Of a stretch of DNA of 64,000 nt, positions 25,401-38,387 are shown one piece after another (the stretch's first letter is position 1; the number at the start of each line of letters is the position of its first letter). Location of the stretch: assembly GCF_030144855.1 (NCBI RefSeq), contig NC_082716.1, positions 78,244,001 to 78,308,000 on the forward strand. The letters run 5' to 3'. Below the pieces are notes generated by a model, which saw only the letters and a program-made list of their open reading frames with translations, had not been told where the DNA came from and made no database searches. The position numbers were made by a program, and so were the translations under genes. Source of the stretch: Hypanus sabinus. Its lineage: Eukaryota.

Positions 25401-26271
25401 CAGGTTGTCCCTGAGTTACGAATGTCCAACTTACGAACCGAGGAAGGAGAACACTGTCCGCCATTTTAAGTCAGATCGCGATGCCGTCTGCCATTTTAAG
25501 TCGTTGCCATTGACACTGTGTTGAGTGTTTAACTTTGTATTTGGCTGAAAATTTTCTTAGTAAGTTTCACCCTGACCCCGCTCCCCCCCTCCCCCACCGT
25601 TTCGGTTGGCTGGTGGCACAGTGAGATCTGCAAGTTCGATTCAGTGACAGACCGCTCCCGTGCCGGGTTGATGTTGAGCTGGATACTCGACCTCGTAAAA
25701 AAAATACACTGCCATCTCCAGTTTAAATATCCACAAGGAATATTGTGGAGGATCAAATACCCAAACCCAGCACAGCCCCCACTTGTCCCATTTAGCCTGT
25801 CTCAGTGCGGTGGTCCTTAGGACCCAGCGGGGCTCGGGACCCGCCGCCCGCAGTGTTTCTGTTCCATTGACGGGAAGCGATCGTGATTGAAAATAAAGTG
25901 GAGATAATAAAGCATTTGGAAAGAGGTGAAATGCCATCTGTCATTGGAAAACCGTTAGGCTATAGTTGGTCAACAATCGGAACAATTTTAAAGGATAACA
26001 GATAAAGTGAGGATAATGGAGCATGTGAAAGGCCCTGCCCTGATGAAAGCTACAATTATTACCAAGCAACGCAGTGGTTTAATTATTGGAATACATATGT
26101 TTCCTAAGTGTTTTATATGCATAGAAAGGTAAAATATATACTGTATACTAAGACAAATGTTTGACTAACTGACGCTAAATAATACCGGATGTACCTGTTC
26201 TGACTTACATACAAATCCGACTTAAAGACTGACTCAGGAACGGAACTCGTATGTAACCCGGGGACTGCCTT
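25401..26271 (+). mobile_element. Tigger-like non-autonomous DNA transposon containing a SINE-like segment
   Basis: TIRs CAGGTTGTCCCTGAGTTACG / GTAACCCGGGGACTGCCT; HTH remnant KVEIIKHLERGEMPSVIGKPLGYSWSTIGTILKD; tRNA-SINE-like insert at about 25605-25740. Confidence 0.78.
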
Positions 26272-26578
26272 TAGTTTATTTTGTCATATAAAAATAACAA
26301 ATCTGTTTCCCCCAATTCAGTAACATCCCAAAGAAAGCAGTGCTGTAAAACTTTGAGTATTAGTTTTGCTTGTCTAATTCAGTGTCCCAAAAAAAATCAA
26401 ATCTGTAATTTCTGTACTAAAGGACATATGTTTGAATACCTACATATTTTACAAAATAAACCAGTGTGGCCTCATTACTGTATGTGAGTAATTTAGAGAA
26501 TTTTCATTTGACTGAAAAGTGGACATTAGAAATAAATTGGAAAGTGTTAACAAGTGTCTAATTTCTGAAGGATTGAAA

Positions 26579-26731
26579 ATGAATTTGCTGCCGAAGTCTT
26601 CAAAAGAGTTCAGTTCGGCTGAATATTGGGAGACATTCTTCAAGAAGCGGGGTGGAAGTGCGTTTGAGTGGTATGGGACCTACATGGATCATTGTGCAGT
26701 GCTGCACAAGTATATTAAGCCCAAAGAAAAG
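26579..26731 (+). CDS. METTL13: eEF1A lysine and N-terminal methyltransferase (METTL13/EEF1AKNMT), coding exon 1
   Basis: MNLLPKSSKEFSSAEYWETFFKKRGGSAFEWYG...LHKYIKPKEK matches the METTL13 N-terminus; GTATGG donor; 153 nt. Confidence 0.96.
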
Positions 26732-27044
26732 GTATGGTCATTATCTAATTGTACTCTATGAAAATTCAATGTTGTTTGAGTGCTTTAAAAAATCCTGTTG
26801 GTTTCCGTTTCTACTTGTATTTTTGATTTGAGGAAAGAATCTATAAACACTTTATAGTGGGATGCTTCGTGCAATCAAGATCCATTGTTTGCCTGCATTA
26901 AGTATGACTCCCATTTTGACTTGAAAGAGTCCGTCCAAACAGGTGGGTATCACACATGAGCGACATGAGTTTTCGTTTTGATCAAACAGCTTGACATGCA
27001 TTAATGTTCAAGGGTCACTCCAGAACTTGAGGACAGACTCGAGG

Positions 27045-27125
27045 CCGGGGTTTCCCAAGTTGGGGTCCATGGACCCTTTGGTTAATGGTAGGGATCCAAG
27101 GCATAAAAAGGGTTGGGAACCCCTG
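27045..27125. mobile_element. ~80-bp hAT MITE
   Basis: Same family as 20925-21003. Confidence 0.7.
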
Positions 27126-27484
27126 ATCTAGGCTAAGAGGCCAGGTCCTACACTGTTTGCTCATCGACTATTATGAGGTTAGTAATGCAGAGGGTTAGGC
27201 CAACCGAGTTCAAATCCCACCATTGGAAAATGTGGTAATTAAATTTAAAAATAAAGACACTAGTAGTGAAGATCACAAAACTATTGGATTGCCATTAAAA
27301 AAAACCCACCTGATTTGGGGGGTGGGGGAAATCTTATCGTTTTTACCCATTCTTGCCTTTATTTAACTTCAGGTCCTTCAATGTCAATATTCCCAAAAAA
27401 TGGCCTGACAAGCTGTTCAGTTTACGGGCGGTTAGGAATGGACAAGAAGTACTGGCCGTGCCAGTAGCACCCCTCAAGCAGACA

Positions 27485-27830
27485 ATATAGAACAGTACAG
27501 CACAAAGCCAGGCTGTGCTGAACGTTATGCTGAATTAAATTAAATCTCTTCTGACTCTATATGATTCATATTCTTCCATTCTCTGCATATTCTTGTGTTT
27601 ATCTAACAGCGTATTGAACACTAACATATCTGCTTCATCATGTCCGCTGGCAGCCCATTCCAGGTACAAGCCACTCAATGTGTGTATGAAAATGATCAAA
27701 AACACCTGCTCCACCACCTTTAAACTTTTCCCTCCCATCTGAAATGCATGCCCTCTAGTATTTGACATATCTACACTGAGGAAAAGATTCTGACTGTCTA
27801 CTCTACCTTTGCCCCTCATAATTTTATGTA
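27485..27830 (-). mobile_element. CR1 3' fragment
   Basis: KIMRGKGRVDSQNLF...SNTRGH remnant. Confidence 0.65.
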
Positions 27831-28011
27831 CGTCCACTTTTTCAGATAAATCCTGAGGGAATTTTATTCTATGTCTCAAATTTTTGGGTAGTGATTTGTG
27901 AATTCTGTAACTTGAATGTGTGAACCTACCTGTGCAGTGTTAGTAGTCTACACTTAAAGCTGGTGATGGGGTCAGTTATCTCTGCTGGTGGTGAGCCTTC
28001 ACAGTGTACAA

Positions 28012-29320
28012 TAGTGGTTGCCAACATTTTTAAGTCCAAGATTCCCTACCTCAGCCTTAGTGAAAGGCAAGATCTACCTACTAAATCGTTTAGAGAAAAA
28101 AACAGCTCAGATTGTACTTCCAACTTGAGGCCTTTTATTTGGGTTAATTGTATTTGAATTACATAAAATGCTTTAGTCAAACTTTCAAATTAATTCAACC
28201 AAGAAAACACTGTAACTAGCATATCAAACAGGCCATAGCTGTCTTTCTTTAAGAATATTTCAATACTTCATACATTTAATTCTAAGTTTTATTATTTAAT
28301 TTTATTTCAACATGAAAAATAAGTGAATAAAAATTGACGGTTGGCCTCAGTGTGATGACTGGGGCTGAATACTTTCTGCTAGTTCCCTGAAATTTGGCTC
28401 ATAACTCCAGACAGCCAGTCTGAGACAGTCTGTGAGGTGTCTTGTCAGTAAGACAGCTCCTGTACTTAGATTTAATGATGTTCATCTGTGAAAATGCAAT
28501 TTCACAGGTAAGTTGACCCGGAGTAGGCACTGACTTTTACTGCACCTGTGGTGAGATGAGGCAACTTTTCCCTGCTGACAAACCCCCAAAAGTCACCGTC
28601 CCTTGATCTTGCTTTAAGCTCAATGTCATTTTGAAAATCAATTCTTTCCATTTCGGTATCACTTGGCACACCAAATACTTGCTGGAATTTGGCTGCTCTC
28701 TGTTCTATATCGATCGGCAGAAATAGGTTTGAAATAAATGCAGCAATATCTTTCATGACGTTTAGCTCCCCAAAACACCGATTGAACTCTATTGCCAGTT
28801 TGTCTAGGTAAGCACAGTACTGCTCAGGGCGAAAAGCATTTTTTTCCTTCATGGCCTGTAACATTTTCTTCAATTTGGGAAAGTGTGTCAACCTCCCGTT
28901 TTTAAAATTTGAAATCCAAACACCGAGCTTGGCCTTAAACGTGCTTATCATGTGGGGCAGGTGTCAGTCTTTTCCTATGAACTTGTTGTTTAGTGCGTTT
29001 AATTTGGCCGTTAGGTCTGTCAGAAACCCTAAATCCAGTAGCCATTCATCATCCGACAGTTCCTCGTGCTCCTTGTTTCTTGTTGACAGAAAAGTCTTTA
29101 TCTCAGGCAGAAAGAACGGAAGTAAAACCCCGCAACCCCGGAAACAACCTCTCTTTACAAACACCTTTCTGTAGTGGAAGTATTGCTATATTACCATTAT
29201 CCTAATTGGTATTACTTATTTTTATAATGGTCACATTACAACAGTATTTGTGTATTTTTCTTTTCTTTTCATGATCTACTGGGAAAGTCTCAATCGCGAT
29301 CGACTGGTTGGTGACCACTA
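28012..29320 (-). mobile_element. Internally deleted hAT (Charlie/GTF2IRD2-like) transposon
   Basis: TIRs TAGTGGTTGCCAAC / GTTGGTGACCACTA; imperfect 8-bp TSD GTGTACAA/GTGTATAG; transposase remnants WLLDLGFLTDLTAKLNALN and GSTYL. Confidence 0.85.
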
Positions 29321-29689
29321 GTGTATAGGTTTAGTTGCTGAGACCCCTTCATTACCACTGTGACTACACTTAAGAAGTGCATCATTTATTATAAAATGCT
29401 TCGGATGCCATAAGGTCCCAAAAGGTATAGTTCCAAATCCTTTTACCCTGGGAAGCCTGCCATAACTACGAGACACAGCTTACACTTGACTCTCTGTGGC
29501 TGCTTGTCCATGCTCCTTGAAGAGATCCAGTGAGCTCTTGATTTGTAAGGACAGCTGCTGGAAGATGCCTCACTGTCAATTAACTTGAGGTTGAAGGATG
29601 CAATCTTGCCTGTAACTTGCACATCCTGAGTACTAATTAAAAGACAACTAGATTGTGGGATTTGTGGCTTTGTAATAATAGTCTTGCCT

Positions 29690-29960
29690 GGCTGGTGGCG
29701 TAGTGGCGTCAGCACTGGACTTTGGGGCGAGAGATCCCGAGTTCAAATCCAGCTGGCTCCCTTGTACGCTCTCCATCCATGCTGGGTTAAGAGCTGGTGA
29801 TCTCTTTAAAAAAAAAACTCACCCAGCAGAAGGCAAAGCCAAACCACTGGTGTAACTTGGCACATACATGATTTCCCAATATGTTAGAGCGGCATGGAGG
29901 GAAATCGTCTGCCAACTGGAAATTCCAGATGCGACCTACTGATGACAACGAATAATAGTC
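29690..29960 (+). mobile_element. tRNA-derived SINE
   Basis: A box TGGCGTAGTGG and B box GAGTTCAAATCC followed by a non-tRNA body. Confidence 0.7.
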
Positions 29961-30242
29961 TATTTTCAACCCATGGTTCCTCATGTTCCATTTATGCAAT
30001 CTGCATTCTCAATATGATAACTTTCCCTATTGGGGTAAATGAACCCTCCAGCTCTCTTTCTGTCCTTCCCTCCATAAAAATAGCGCGTATAGAATGATAT
30101 GCTCTCTCAATATAAGAGCCTGGCATGAGCTTTTTTTTGGCTATTTGTTGTGAAGGGGGTAGATTTGAAAGTAGATTAGACACGCTGGTTTGTGGAGATT
30201 AAGATAAGAGAGGATGAAGAGAAACTCCTTAGTGACCCAGGG

Positions 30243-30330
30243 TACAGTAGCGTAGTGGTTAGCGCAATGCTTTACAGCATCAGTGGCTCAGGTTCAATTG
30301 CCGCCATTGCCTGTAAGGCGTTTGTACGTT
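30243..30330 (+). mobile_element. V-SINE/HE1-like head fragment
   Basis: TAGCGTAGTGGTTAGC A box, GGTTCAATT B box, then CTGTAAGGCGTTTGTACG. Confidence 0.6.
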
Positions 30331-30990
30331 TTGTAGTTTTAGAACAGTGGGATAGAAGCTGTTTGAGTGTGGAGCTATGTTTATCAGGCTTTTGTATTTC
30401 TGCCTAACAGGAGAGGGTAGAAGAGAGGAGGTGCAGTTTGGGAGGGGTCTTTGATACATTGGCTCCCTTTTCAAGGCATTGAGAAGTGTAGACAGTTCAT
30501 CGAAGGAAGGCTTATTTTTGTGTTCTGCTAATCTCCCTTGGTGATTTTGATTTTAACCCTCAGTCTCTTAATCATGTCCTGTTCAAGTTCATTATTTCCG
30601 TTTCCCTGCCTCCCTCCCTCAAAAGATTCCCCATTGCAGACACATCTGCACCTTGATATTTTCATGATGTTGAACATGGTATGGATTGTCCCTGATGACT
30701 TCCTTATACCCCTCTGCACCTCCAGTCCATCCATAGCTCTTTCAGCTGTTCTTACTTCTGCCTGTACCTGTTACTGGAAAAGCTCTTGTCTAGTTCACGC
30801 AGATTCATTGCATCTAAGTAATGTCTCCCCCAGAGAGTTTTGGAGACTACCTCATTGGAAGGTTGAGGGCCATGGGGATCTGGCGCAGAGGTGGAGTTGA
30901 GGCTTGGGGTTGATTGGCTCTGTTCATCTTGAGTGAAGTGGGAGTGTGTGGCCTACTCCCTGTTCTCACTCTTGTTTCTCTTCCCTCCAG

Positions 30991-31741
30991 GTCCTCGTTG
31001 TTGGCTGTGGTAACTCTGAGCTCAGCGAGCAGATGTATGACGTTGGTTACCAGAACATCACCAACATCGACATCAGTGAGGTTGTGATCGGTCACATGAA
31101 GGAGCGCAATGCAGCTCTCCGGCCAGCAATGGCCTTTACGAAGATGGACATGATGCAGATGGACTTCAGCGACTCCCAGTTTCAGGTTGTGCTGGACAAG
31201 GGGACCCTGGACGCTGTCATGACCGACGAGAGCGACGGGACGCTGCGCAACGTGGAGAGGATGTTTGCGGAGATCGGGCGGGTCCTGCAGGTGGGTGGGC
31301 GGTTCCTGTGCATCTCGCTGGCGCAGGAGCATATCGCGAGGAAAGTGGTGAGCCACTTCTCCCGGGAGGGCTGGCCCGTGCGAGTCCACGCCTTCGAGGA
31401 GCAGGGCGAGGCCAGTCGGCAGTTCCGGATGACGGTGTTCACCTTTGTGTTCACCAAGTTCCGGAAGCTTCCTGGGGCCAGGCAGGAGATCCTGGAGATG
31501 TGCATGGAGGAGCAGGAGAAGCCGCTTCGCCTGGAGAGCACGGAGCGGCTGCTGGAGCTGGTGAAGGCACGGCAGCAGTACACACTGCTCCGAAACCACC
31601 TGGCCAGGGGCTCCGGCAGCGGGGAGAATGTGTCCGTCACCCTTTGCAACAGGGAGTCTGGGAAACCCCGCTACACCTTCTACGTTGTTGATCAGCCCTC
31701 CGTGAGGCCTGCTCAGGCAAACAACTTCGCAATTTTCATAG
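30991..31741 (+). CDS. METTL13: METTL13 coding exon 2 (N-terminal SAM-dependent MTase domain)
   Basis: VLVVGCGNSELSEQMYD, VLDKGTLDA and NNFAIFI motifs; strong CAG acceptor and GTGAGT donor; 751 nt. Confidence 0.97.
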
Positions 31742-32479
31742 GTGAGTACGATCCTGAGGTGTGGGGCGGGGTTGAAGGGTTTGCTCAGGGGCTTTGTGCC
31801 ATAAGGCAGCTTGTGATGAGAAATGGAAATGCCATGGATTGTAAATCTTCGTCAGTTCCTGGGTGATCTGTGTTGTAATTGGTTTAATTTGCAACATGTA
31901 GCACGGTACAGTGAAGAACCTTGCTTTGCACGCCATTGATACAGATAATTTCAGCATGTCAGTACACTGAGGGAGCACAAAGGAATAAACAATAACAGAA
32001 TGTGGAACTCTGTGTTACACTCACAGAGAAAGTGCGGTGCAGGCAGACGACAAGCTGCAAGGCATGTTGAGGCCGATTATGAGCACAAGTGTCCATCTTA
32101 TCGTACAAGAGGTCCGTTCAGTGGGTGAGCAGCTGTCTTTGAGCCTAGTGCCACAAGCTCTCAGGCATTTGTATCTTGTTCCTAGTAAGAGAGGGGAGAA
32201 GAGAGAATTCCTGGGGAGGGCGGGGTCTTTGATTAAACACGAAGGATTCTACAGAAGCTGAAAGTGCAGAGCAACACAACAAAACGCTGGAGGAGTGCTT
32301 CCCCTCACACAGCTGTCCTCCAGCATTTTGTTTGGGGCCTTTGATTATACTGGCTGCTTTGCCAAGGCAGCAAGAAGTGGAGGGGGACAATGGGGGAGAG
32401 GCTGTGTCATTGGCTTGGATTAAAAGTAAGCTTTTTTTCCTCGCCTTTCCAGTGAGTTCCATGAGGTTGCTGCATTGTA

Positions 32480-32880
32480 CAATACTGTGTAGAGGTCTTA
32501 GGCACCCTATATGGTGCCAGATGGTATGGCCTCCACAGAGCCCTGATCTTAACATCATCGAGGCTGCCTGAGATTACTCGGAGGGACAGAAGTCGGTGAG
32601 ACAGCCAAAGTCTGCAGAAGAACTGTGGCAAATTCTCCCAAGATGCGTGGAACAATTTTCTTTAAAAACTGCACAAATGTACCCAAGGGAATTGATGCAG
32701 TTTTAAAGGCAAAGGGTGATCACAGAAGTATTGATTTGAGTTAGTTTTTCACAGTGTACTGCTCGTAAATTTATAGTCCATTTTCTGATATTTAGAAACT
32801 TTTCATTTAATTAGTTTTGAAAGAATCTTCGCTTTACAGAATTTTTATTTGCATCTGCCTGAGACTTTTGCACAGTGCTA
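32480..32880 (+). mobile_element. Internally deleted Tc1-like transposon
   Basis: WPPQSPDLNIIE motif; imperfect TIRs CAATACTGTGTAGAGGTCTTAGGCA / TGCCTGAGACTTTTGCACAGTGCTA flanked by TA. Confidence 0.8.
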
Positions 32881-35014
32881 TACATATGAATTAAATTTCT
32901 TGCAGGAAGTTGAAGTTGTGTCTATGCACCAAATCAGCTTCAGTAAGATTTCTATATCTGCAGTATCTCACTGCTTGAAAGGGAAGATTTCTCCATTTTC
33001 TTATGCTGAGGTGACTATCTGACCTATCCATCTGGCTTCGTGACTGGTCGTATGAGTTTCTAGACAGATTATGTACATACCTCCTCCAATCATTGAAGCA
33101 GGTTTTTGCAGGTTGATTTTGTTTTAGGACACAGCTATAATTATCAGAGAACTTGAATATAGATGTGTGCCTGCTCTTTCAGAAAAAGAGAAGAGCGCTA
33201 CAAAGTATGGGAAAGCTCTGTATCTGCCTGATAATGTGGAAAATAGTCCTGATGCACCTTAATCAGAGCAGATTCTATCTGATTAATTACCAGTCAGTTT
33301 ACTCTCAGTCACACTGAAGTGATAGAAGTTGTCATACATCCGTGCACTTATTCCCCAATAACCTATATGCCAGTGCCTGTTTGGATTTCACTCAGGTTAG
33401 TCACATGTGGGTTTAGACTGATTGCCCTTGATGTCAAGTTGGTATTTGATTCAGTACAGTGACAAGGAAACTGGGTAAAATTGAAGTTGGTAGTCAACTT
33501 GGAGGAAAGGCACCAGTAGTTGGTTGTATCATTGCATAAGAAAGATGCTGATGATTGTCAGAGGACAATCATCACAGGACATCACTGGAGGAATTCCTCA
33601 GGCTAAGTGCTAGGCCTTCTAGCTGCTTCATCACCTGTCGCAAATGGGGATGGTTCACTGTGGATGACGCAGTGTTTAACTCCGTTTTCATGCATGCTGT
33701 TAGCCCTATTCAGGCATGAGCTGATGGTAGCAACTAACATTCAAGGCACTGAGGTGCCAGGCAATAAATTACTCCAATAAGGGTGAGCCTAGTGATGTTC
33801 AATGTCTTTGCCATTGCCCCATAGCTGATATACTGCAGCCCAGGCAACATCCTGGTGAATCTATTTTCCAGTGCAATCACGTCGTCCGTATAACTTTGCA
33901 TCTCAGCCCAAAACATCAGCTCTTTATTCCTTTCCATTAATGCTTCCTGACCTGCTGAGTTCTTCCACCATTTTGTATGTGTTGCTTTTAACTCCAGCTG
34001 AGATTTAACCAATATTTTATAAAAGTAGACCAAAATTTCTCTGCTCTTGTATTCTTTGCCATATCTATTACATGCAAGTTTTGCACATAATACCTTCACG
34101 GTCTTAAGCACTTGTGGTGCAGCCTTCAGGGCTCTTAAGCTTGTTCATTACGGTCTCTCCATTGGTCTACCCTTGTTAGTGCTTCCCAATTGCTTTTCAA
34201 ATTAAATTCCATCTGTTAGTGCTCAGCTATTGTATCAATTGATCAGTATTATTCATCACTATCAACAGCACAAGAGGTTTATGTCTAGTTATTGTTGAGA
34301 AAGCTGTAATCCCTTTCTCTTTATATGATGTTACTTCTCAGTGGTTGGACCACCCATTTCTCTCTACAGTCAGCGGGTGGGGTGTGTACCGTTGATGAAA
34401 TGCATCAAGGTTGCTCACTCAAGCTCCTCCAGGAGCAGCTTGCAGAACCAGTCTCTACCACCGAAAAGGACAACAGCAGCAGGTGCAGGAAATTACCAGC
34501 GTCTGCAGGTGCCTGGTCCTTTCTCACTGCTGCCTCCAGCATCACTCTTATCTCTGGCTCCTCTGTGGAGTCCATATGTTCTCTTCGGAACTATAGGGGT
34601 TTCTTTGGGGATGATACGGTTTAAAAGACATGGAAGTTTTTGGTTAGTTGACCACAAATTGCCACCAGTGTCTTGGTGAATTGTAGAGTCTGGGGAAAGT
34701 TGGTAAGAATGTGGGGAAAAATCGGGGATTAAAGGAGGATTGGTTTAAATGTGTGGTTGTGTGGACCTGCTTCGTGTTGTACCTCTCAGTTCCTGAAGGT
34801 TGCTCATCATTATCTTCAGGGGAGGGCAGTGAATGTCCCTGGTGCCCAGGTTCCCAAAATGAATCTGAGCGAAAAGTCATTTCGTCTGGAAATGTTTGCT
34901 TTCTAACACCCTTTCTCAGATGTTGCTGAATTTTTTTTTCCCCTCTTACCTGCTCTAATGTCTGACGTAGTGTCAAGTACTGTTGAATGGCCAACCTAGA
35001 GTGATGCAGAGCAG

Positions 35015-35372
35015 AAGCATGTTCTTCACCATTCCCCATTCCCTTTTCCCTCTCAAACCTTATCTCCTTGCCTGCCCATCGCTCTCCCTTCCTTTTCATT
35101 CTTCCATGGCCTCCTGTCCTCTCCTGTTAGATTCTACCTTCTCTAGCCCTGTCTCTCTTTCACCAATCAACTTCCCAGCTTCACCCCTCCACCGCCCAGT
35201 GTCACCTCTCACCTTGTCTTTCTCCCTCCCCTCCCCTCCCCCACCTTTTAACTCTACTCCTCATCTTTTTTACTCCAGTCCTGCTGAAAGGTCTCGGCCC
35301 TAAATGTCGACTACTCTTTTCCGTTGATGCTGCCTGGCTGGCTGAGTTCCTCCAGCATTTTGTGTGTGTTCC
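35015..35372 (+). mobile_element. Penelope-like pLTR fragment with decayed hammerhead
   Basis: Pyrimidine tract then CAGTC-CTGCTGA-AAGGTCTCGGCCC-TAAA-TGTCGAC and the family tail. Confidence 0.7.
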
Positions 35373-35744
35373 TCAGCCCATGCTGACCAAGATTCCCCAT
35401 CCAAGCTAGTCCCATTTGCCCGTAACCCTCTAAACCTTCGCAACCCATGTATCTTTACAATTGTATTTTAAATGTTGTTACTTTACCTGAGTCAGTCACT
35501 TTTGATGGCAGCTAATTCCACACACTACATGCCACCTTTTTGTTGCCCCTCAAGTTTTGATTGAATTTTTCCTTCTCACTTTAAACCTACGCGCTGGTCA
35601 CTGTTCCAGGAAAAATGTGGTTAATTGGAAGACATCTGCAAGGATGTTGTTGGACTAGATTGCCTGAGTTTAAGGAGAGGCTGGCCAGGCTGAGTTTTGA
35701 TTCCTTGGAATGTTTCAAATTATGAGAAGCATAGGCAAGATGGA

Positions 35745-36640
35745 CCGGTGCTGATCAACTGGCTGGAGTGTTTACCGATATCTTTAACATCTCGCTTTGG
35801 CAGTCTGAGGTACCCACCTGCTTCGAGCAGGTTGCAATTATACGGGTGCCTAAGAAGAATGTGGTGACCTGCCTCAAAGACTATCATCCGGTGACAATAA
35901 CACTGATGAAGTTCTTTGAGAGGTTGGTGAGGAAGCGTACCAACTCCTGCCTGAGAAGTGACTTGAATCTGGCGCCACAAGTCAACAGCAGATGCCATTT
36001 TGTTGGCTCTTCACTCAACCCTGAGCGATCTGGACTGCGAAGGTGCATTTATCAGGATGCTCTTCATCAACTACTTAGCTTTCAATGCTATCATCCTTTC
36101 AAAACTTCAGTAAGCTTCATTTGGCCTCAATACCTCCTTGTGCAATTGGATCCCTGATTTCCTCACTTACAGATCCGTCAGTTTATATTGGCAAAACCAT
36201 TTCCTGCATAATTTTCATTCGCACAGGTGCACTGTGTGGCTGTGTGCTTAGCCCCTACTCAACTCATTTTCTACTTATGATTGTGAAGCTAAGCACAGTT
36301 CCAGTGCCATATTTAATTTTGCTAATGGCACCACTGTCGTTGGACAAATCAGGATATGGGGGGGGGAGATTGAAAATCTGGCTGAGTGGTTCCACAACAA
36401 CAACCTTTTACTCATGACCAAGTTGATTATTGACTTCAGGAGGAGGAAGCCAGTCCTCCTTGGTTGATGGAGGTGGAGAGGGTCGGCAATTTTAAGTTTG
36501 TTGGTGTGATCGTTTCGTAGTATCTGTCCTGAGTCCAGCAAGTAAGTGCCATTATAATGAAAGCACAGCAGAGCCTCTGCTTACTTAGAAGTTCGTGAAG
36601 ATTTGGCATGTCATCTAAAGCTTTGACAAACTTTTAACAG
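35745..36640 (+). mobile_element. Degenerate Rex1/Babar-like LINE
   Basis: VFTDIFNISL...VPKKNVVTCLKDYHPV RT remnant. Confidence 0.75.
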
Positions 36641-38387
36641 GGTAGGGGAGTCCAAAATTATCAGGTATAGCTTTAGAATGAAAGGGGAAAGGTTTACAAG
36701 GGACTTGAGGGATAAATTTTTCACACAGAGCGTGATGAATTAACGGAATAAACTTCCAGAAGAAGAGGTTGAGGCAAGTATAATCAAATCAAAAACTAAG
36801 CAGTTGTAGGTACAGGAGGGGCAGGCTTAGAATGATACGGTTGAATGCTGGAAATTGGGAGTAGGTAGATGGTCACTGTGTTTGGCATGGACTCATTGGT
36901 CTGAAAACCCTGTATCTATGCTGTATTGCTCTTGATTCTACAACCCTGAGAACTCCAGGGTTGGAGACTCGAGCTCCAACCCAGCTCTGAGATTCAGCAG
37001 GGAAGGGTAAAGTTGGCAGAGCGGAAGTGAAAGGAGACTTGATAGTTTGGGGGATGGACAAGAGATTCTGTGGCCGCAAAACAGAAGCTCGGGTGGTGTA
37101 TTGCCTTACAGGTGCAAGGGTCCAGGATGTCTCAGAGCAGCTGCAGAAGATTCTCAAGAGCGAGTGTGAGTAGCCAGAGGTCGTGGTGTACATTGACACC
37201 AATGACATGGGTAGAAAGGGGGAGGAGGTCCTGTGCAGTTAGTATAGGGAGTTAGAGAAGAGGTTGAAGAGCAGGTCCTCCCAAGTAGTAATCTCTCGAT
37301 TACTCCCAGTACCATGTGCTAGTCAGAACAGGGATAGGTTGATAGTACAAATGAATGAGGAGCTGAGGAAGTGGTGCAGGGATGCAGATTTCTGGATCAT
37401 TGGGATTTCTTCTGGGGAAGGTATAACCTGTACAAAAGGGATGCGTTATACCTGAACTCGAGGGGGACCAATATCCTTGCAGGCAGGTTTGCTAGAGCTG
37501 GTGGAGAGGGTTTAAACTAATTTGGCAGGGTTCTGGGAACTGGAGTGATCGGTTTAAGGCTGGGGCAGTTGGTATACAAGTAGATACAGTGTGTAGTGGG
37601 AAGGACAGGCGGATGATAGGGAAATATTGCAGTCAGTAGGATGAGTTGAAGTGTAACATGGGGGCAGAATTGAAAAGGGTGATGAATACAGGATGAAGAT
37701 GTTATTTTTGAATGTAGGGTATACAGAATAAAGTAAATATCTTATAGTGCAGTTAGACATTGTTAGGTTTGATGTTGTGGGCATCACTGTTATGGCTGAA
37801 AGAAGATCATAATTGTGAGCTGAACATCCAAAGATATGCATTGCTTTGAAAGAACAGGCAGAGGGGGTGGAACAGCTCTGTTGGTGAAAAATGAAATTAA
37901 ATCTTTAGAAAGTTGGGATCAGAAGATGTAGAAACTTTGTAGCTAGAATTATAAACTGCAAAGGTAAGAAGACCCTGATGAGAGTTATATACAAGCCTCC
38001 GAATAGTAGCCAGGATGTGGGATATAAATTTCAATGGGAAATATGAAAGGCATGTAATAAGGGCAATGTTACGATGGTCAGTTTGCAGGTGGATTGGGAA
38101 AATTAGGTTGGTAGTGTATCCCAAGAGAGGGAATTTGTAGAATGCACATGAGGTGGCTTTCTAGAGCAGCTTGTGGTTGAGCCCAACAGGAGAAAGGCAA
38201 TTTTGGACTGGGTGTTGTGTAATGAACCAGATTTGACTTGGGAGCGTAAGGTAAAGGAACCCTTGTTTGACCTTAATAAGGTAGAATTCACCTTACATTT
38301 TGAGAGGGAGAGGCTAAATCAGATGCATCGTTATTATAGTATGGTAAAGGGAATTACAAGGGTGTGAGAGATGAGCTGGCCAAAATT

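Noticed and set aside
29690-29760. tRNA gene
   Set aside because: Has A and B boxes but no clean cloverleaf and continues into a SINE body.
30847-31599. 250-aa antisense ORF and other overlapping ORFs
   Set aside because: Shadow frames of the GC3-rich METTL13 exon 2; no recognisable domain.
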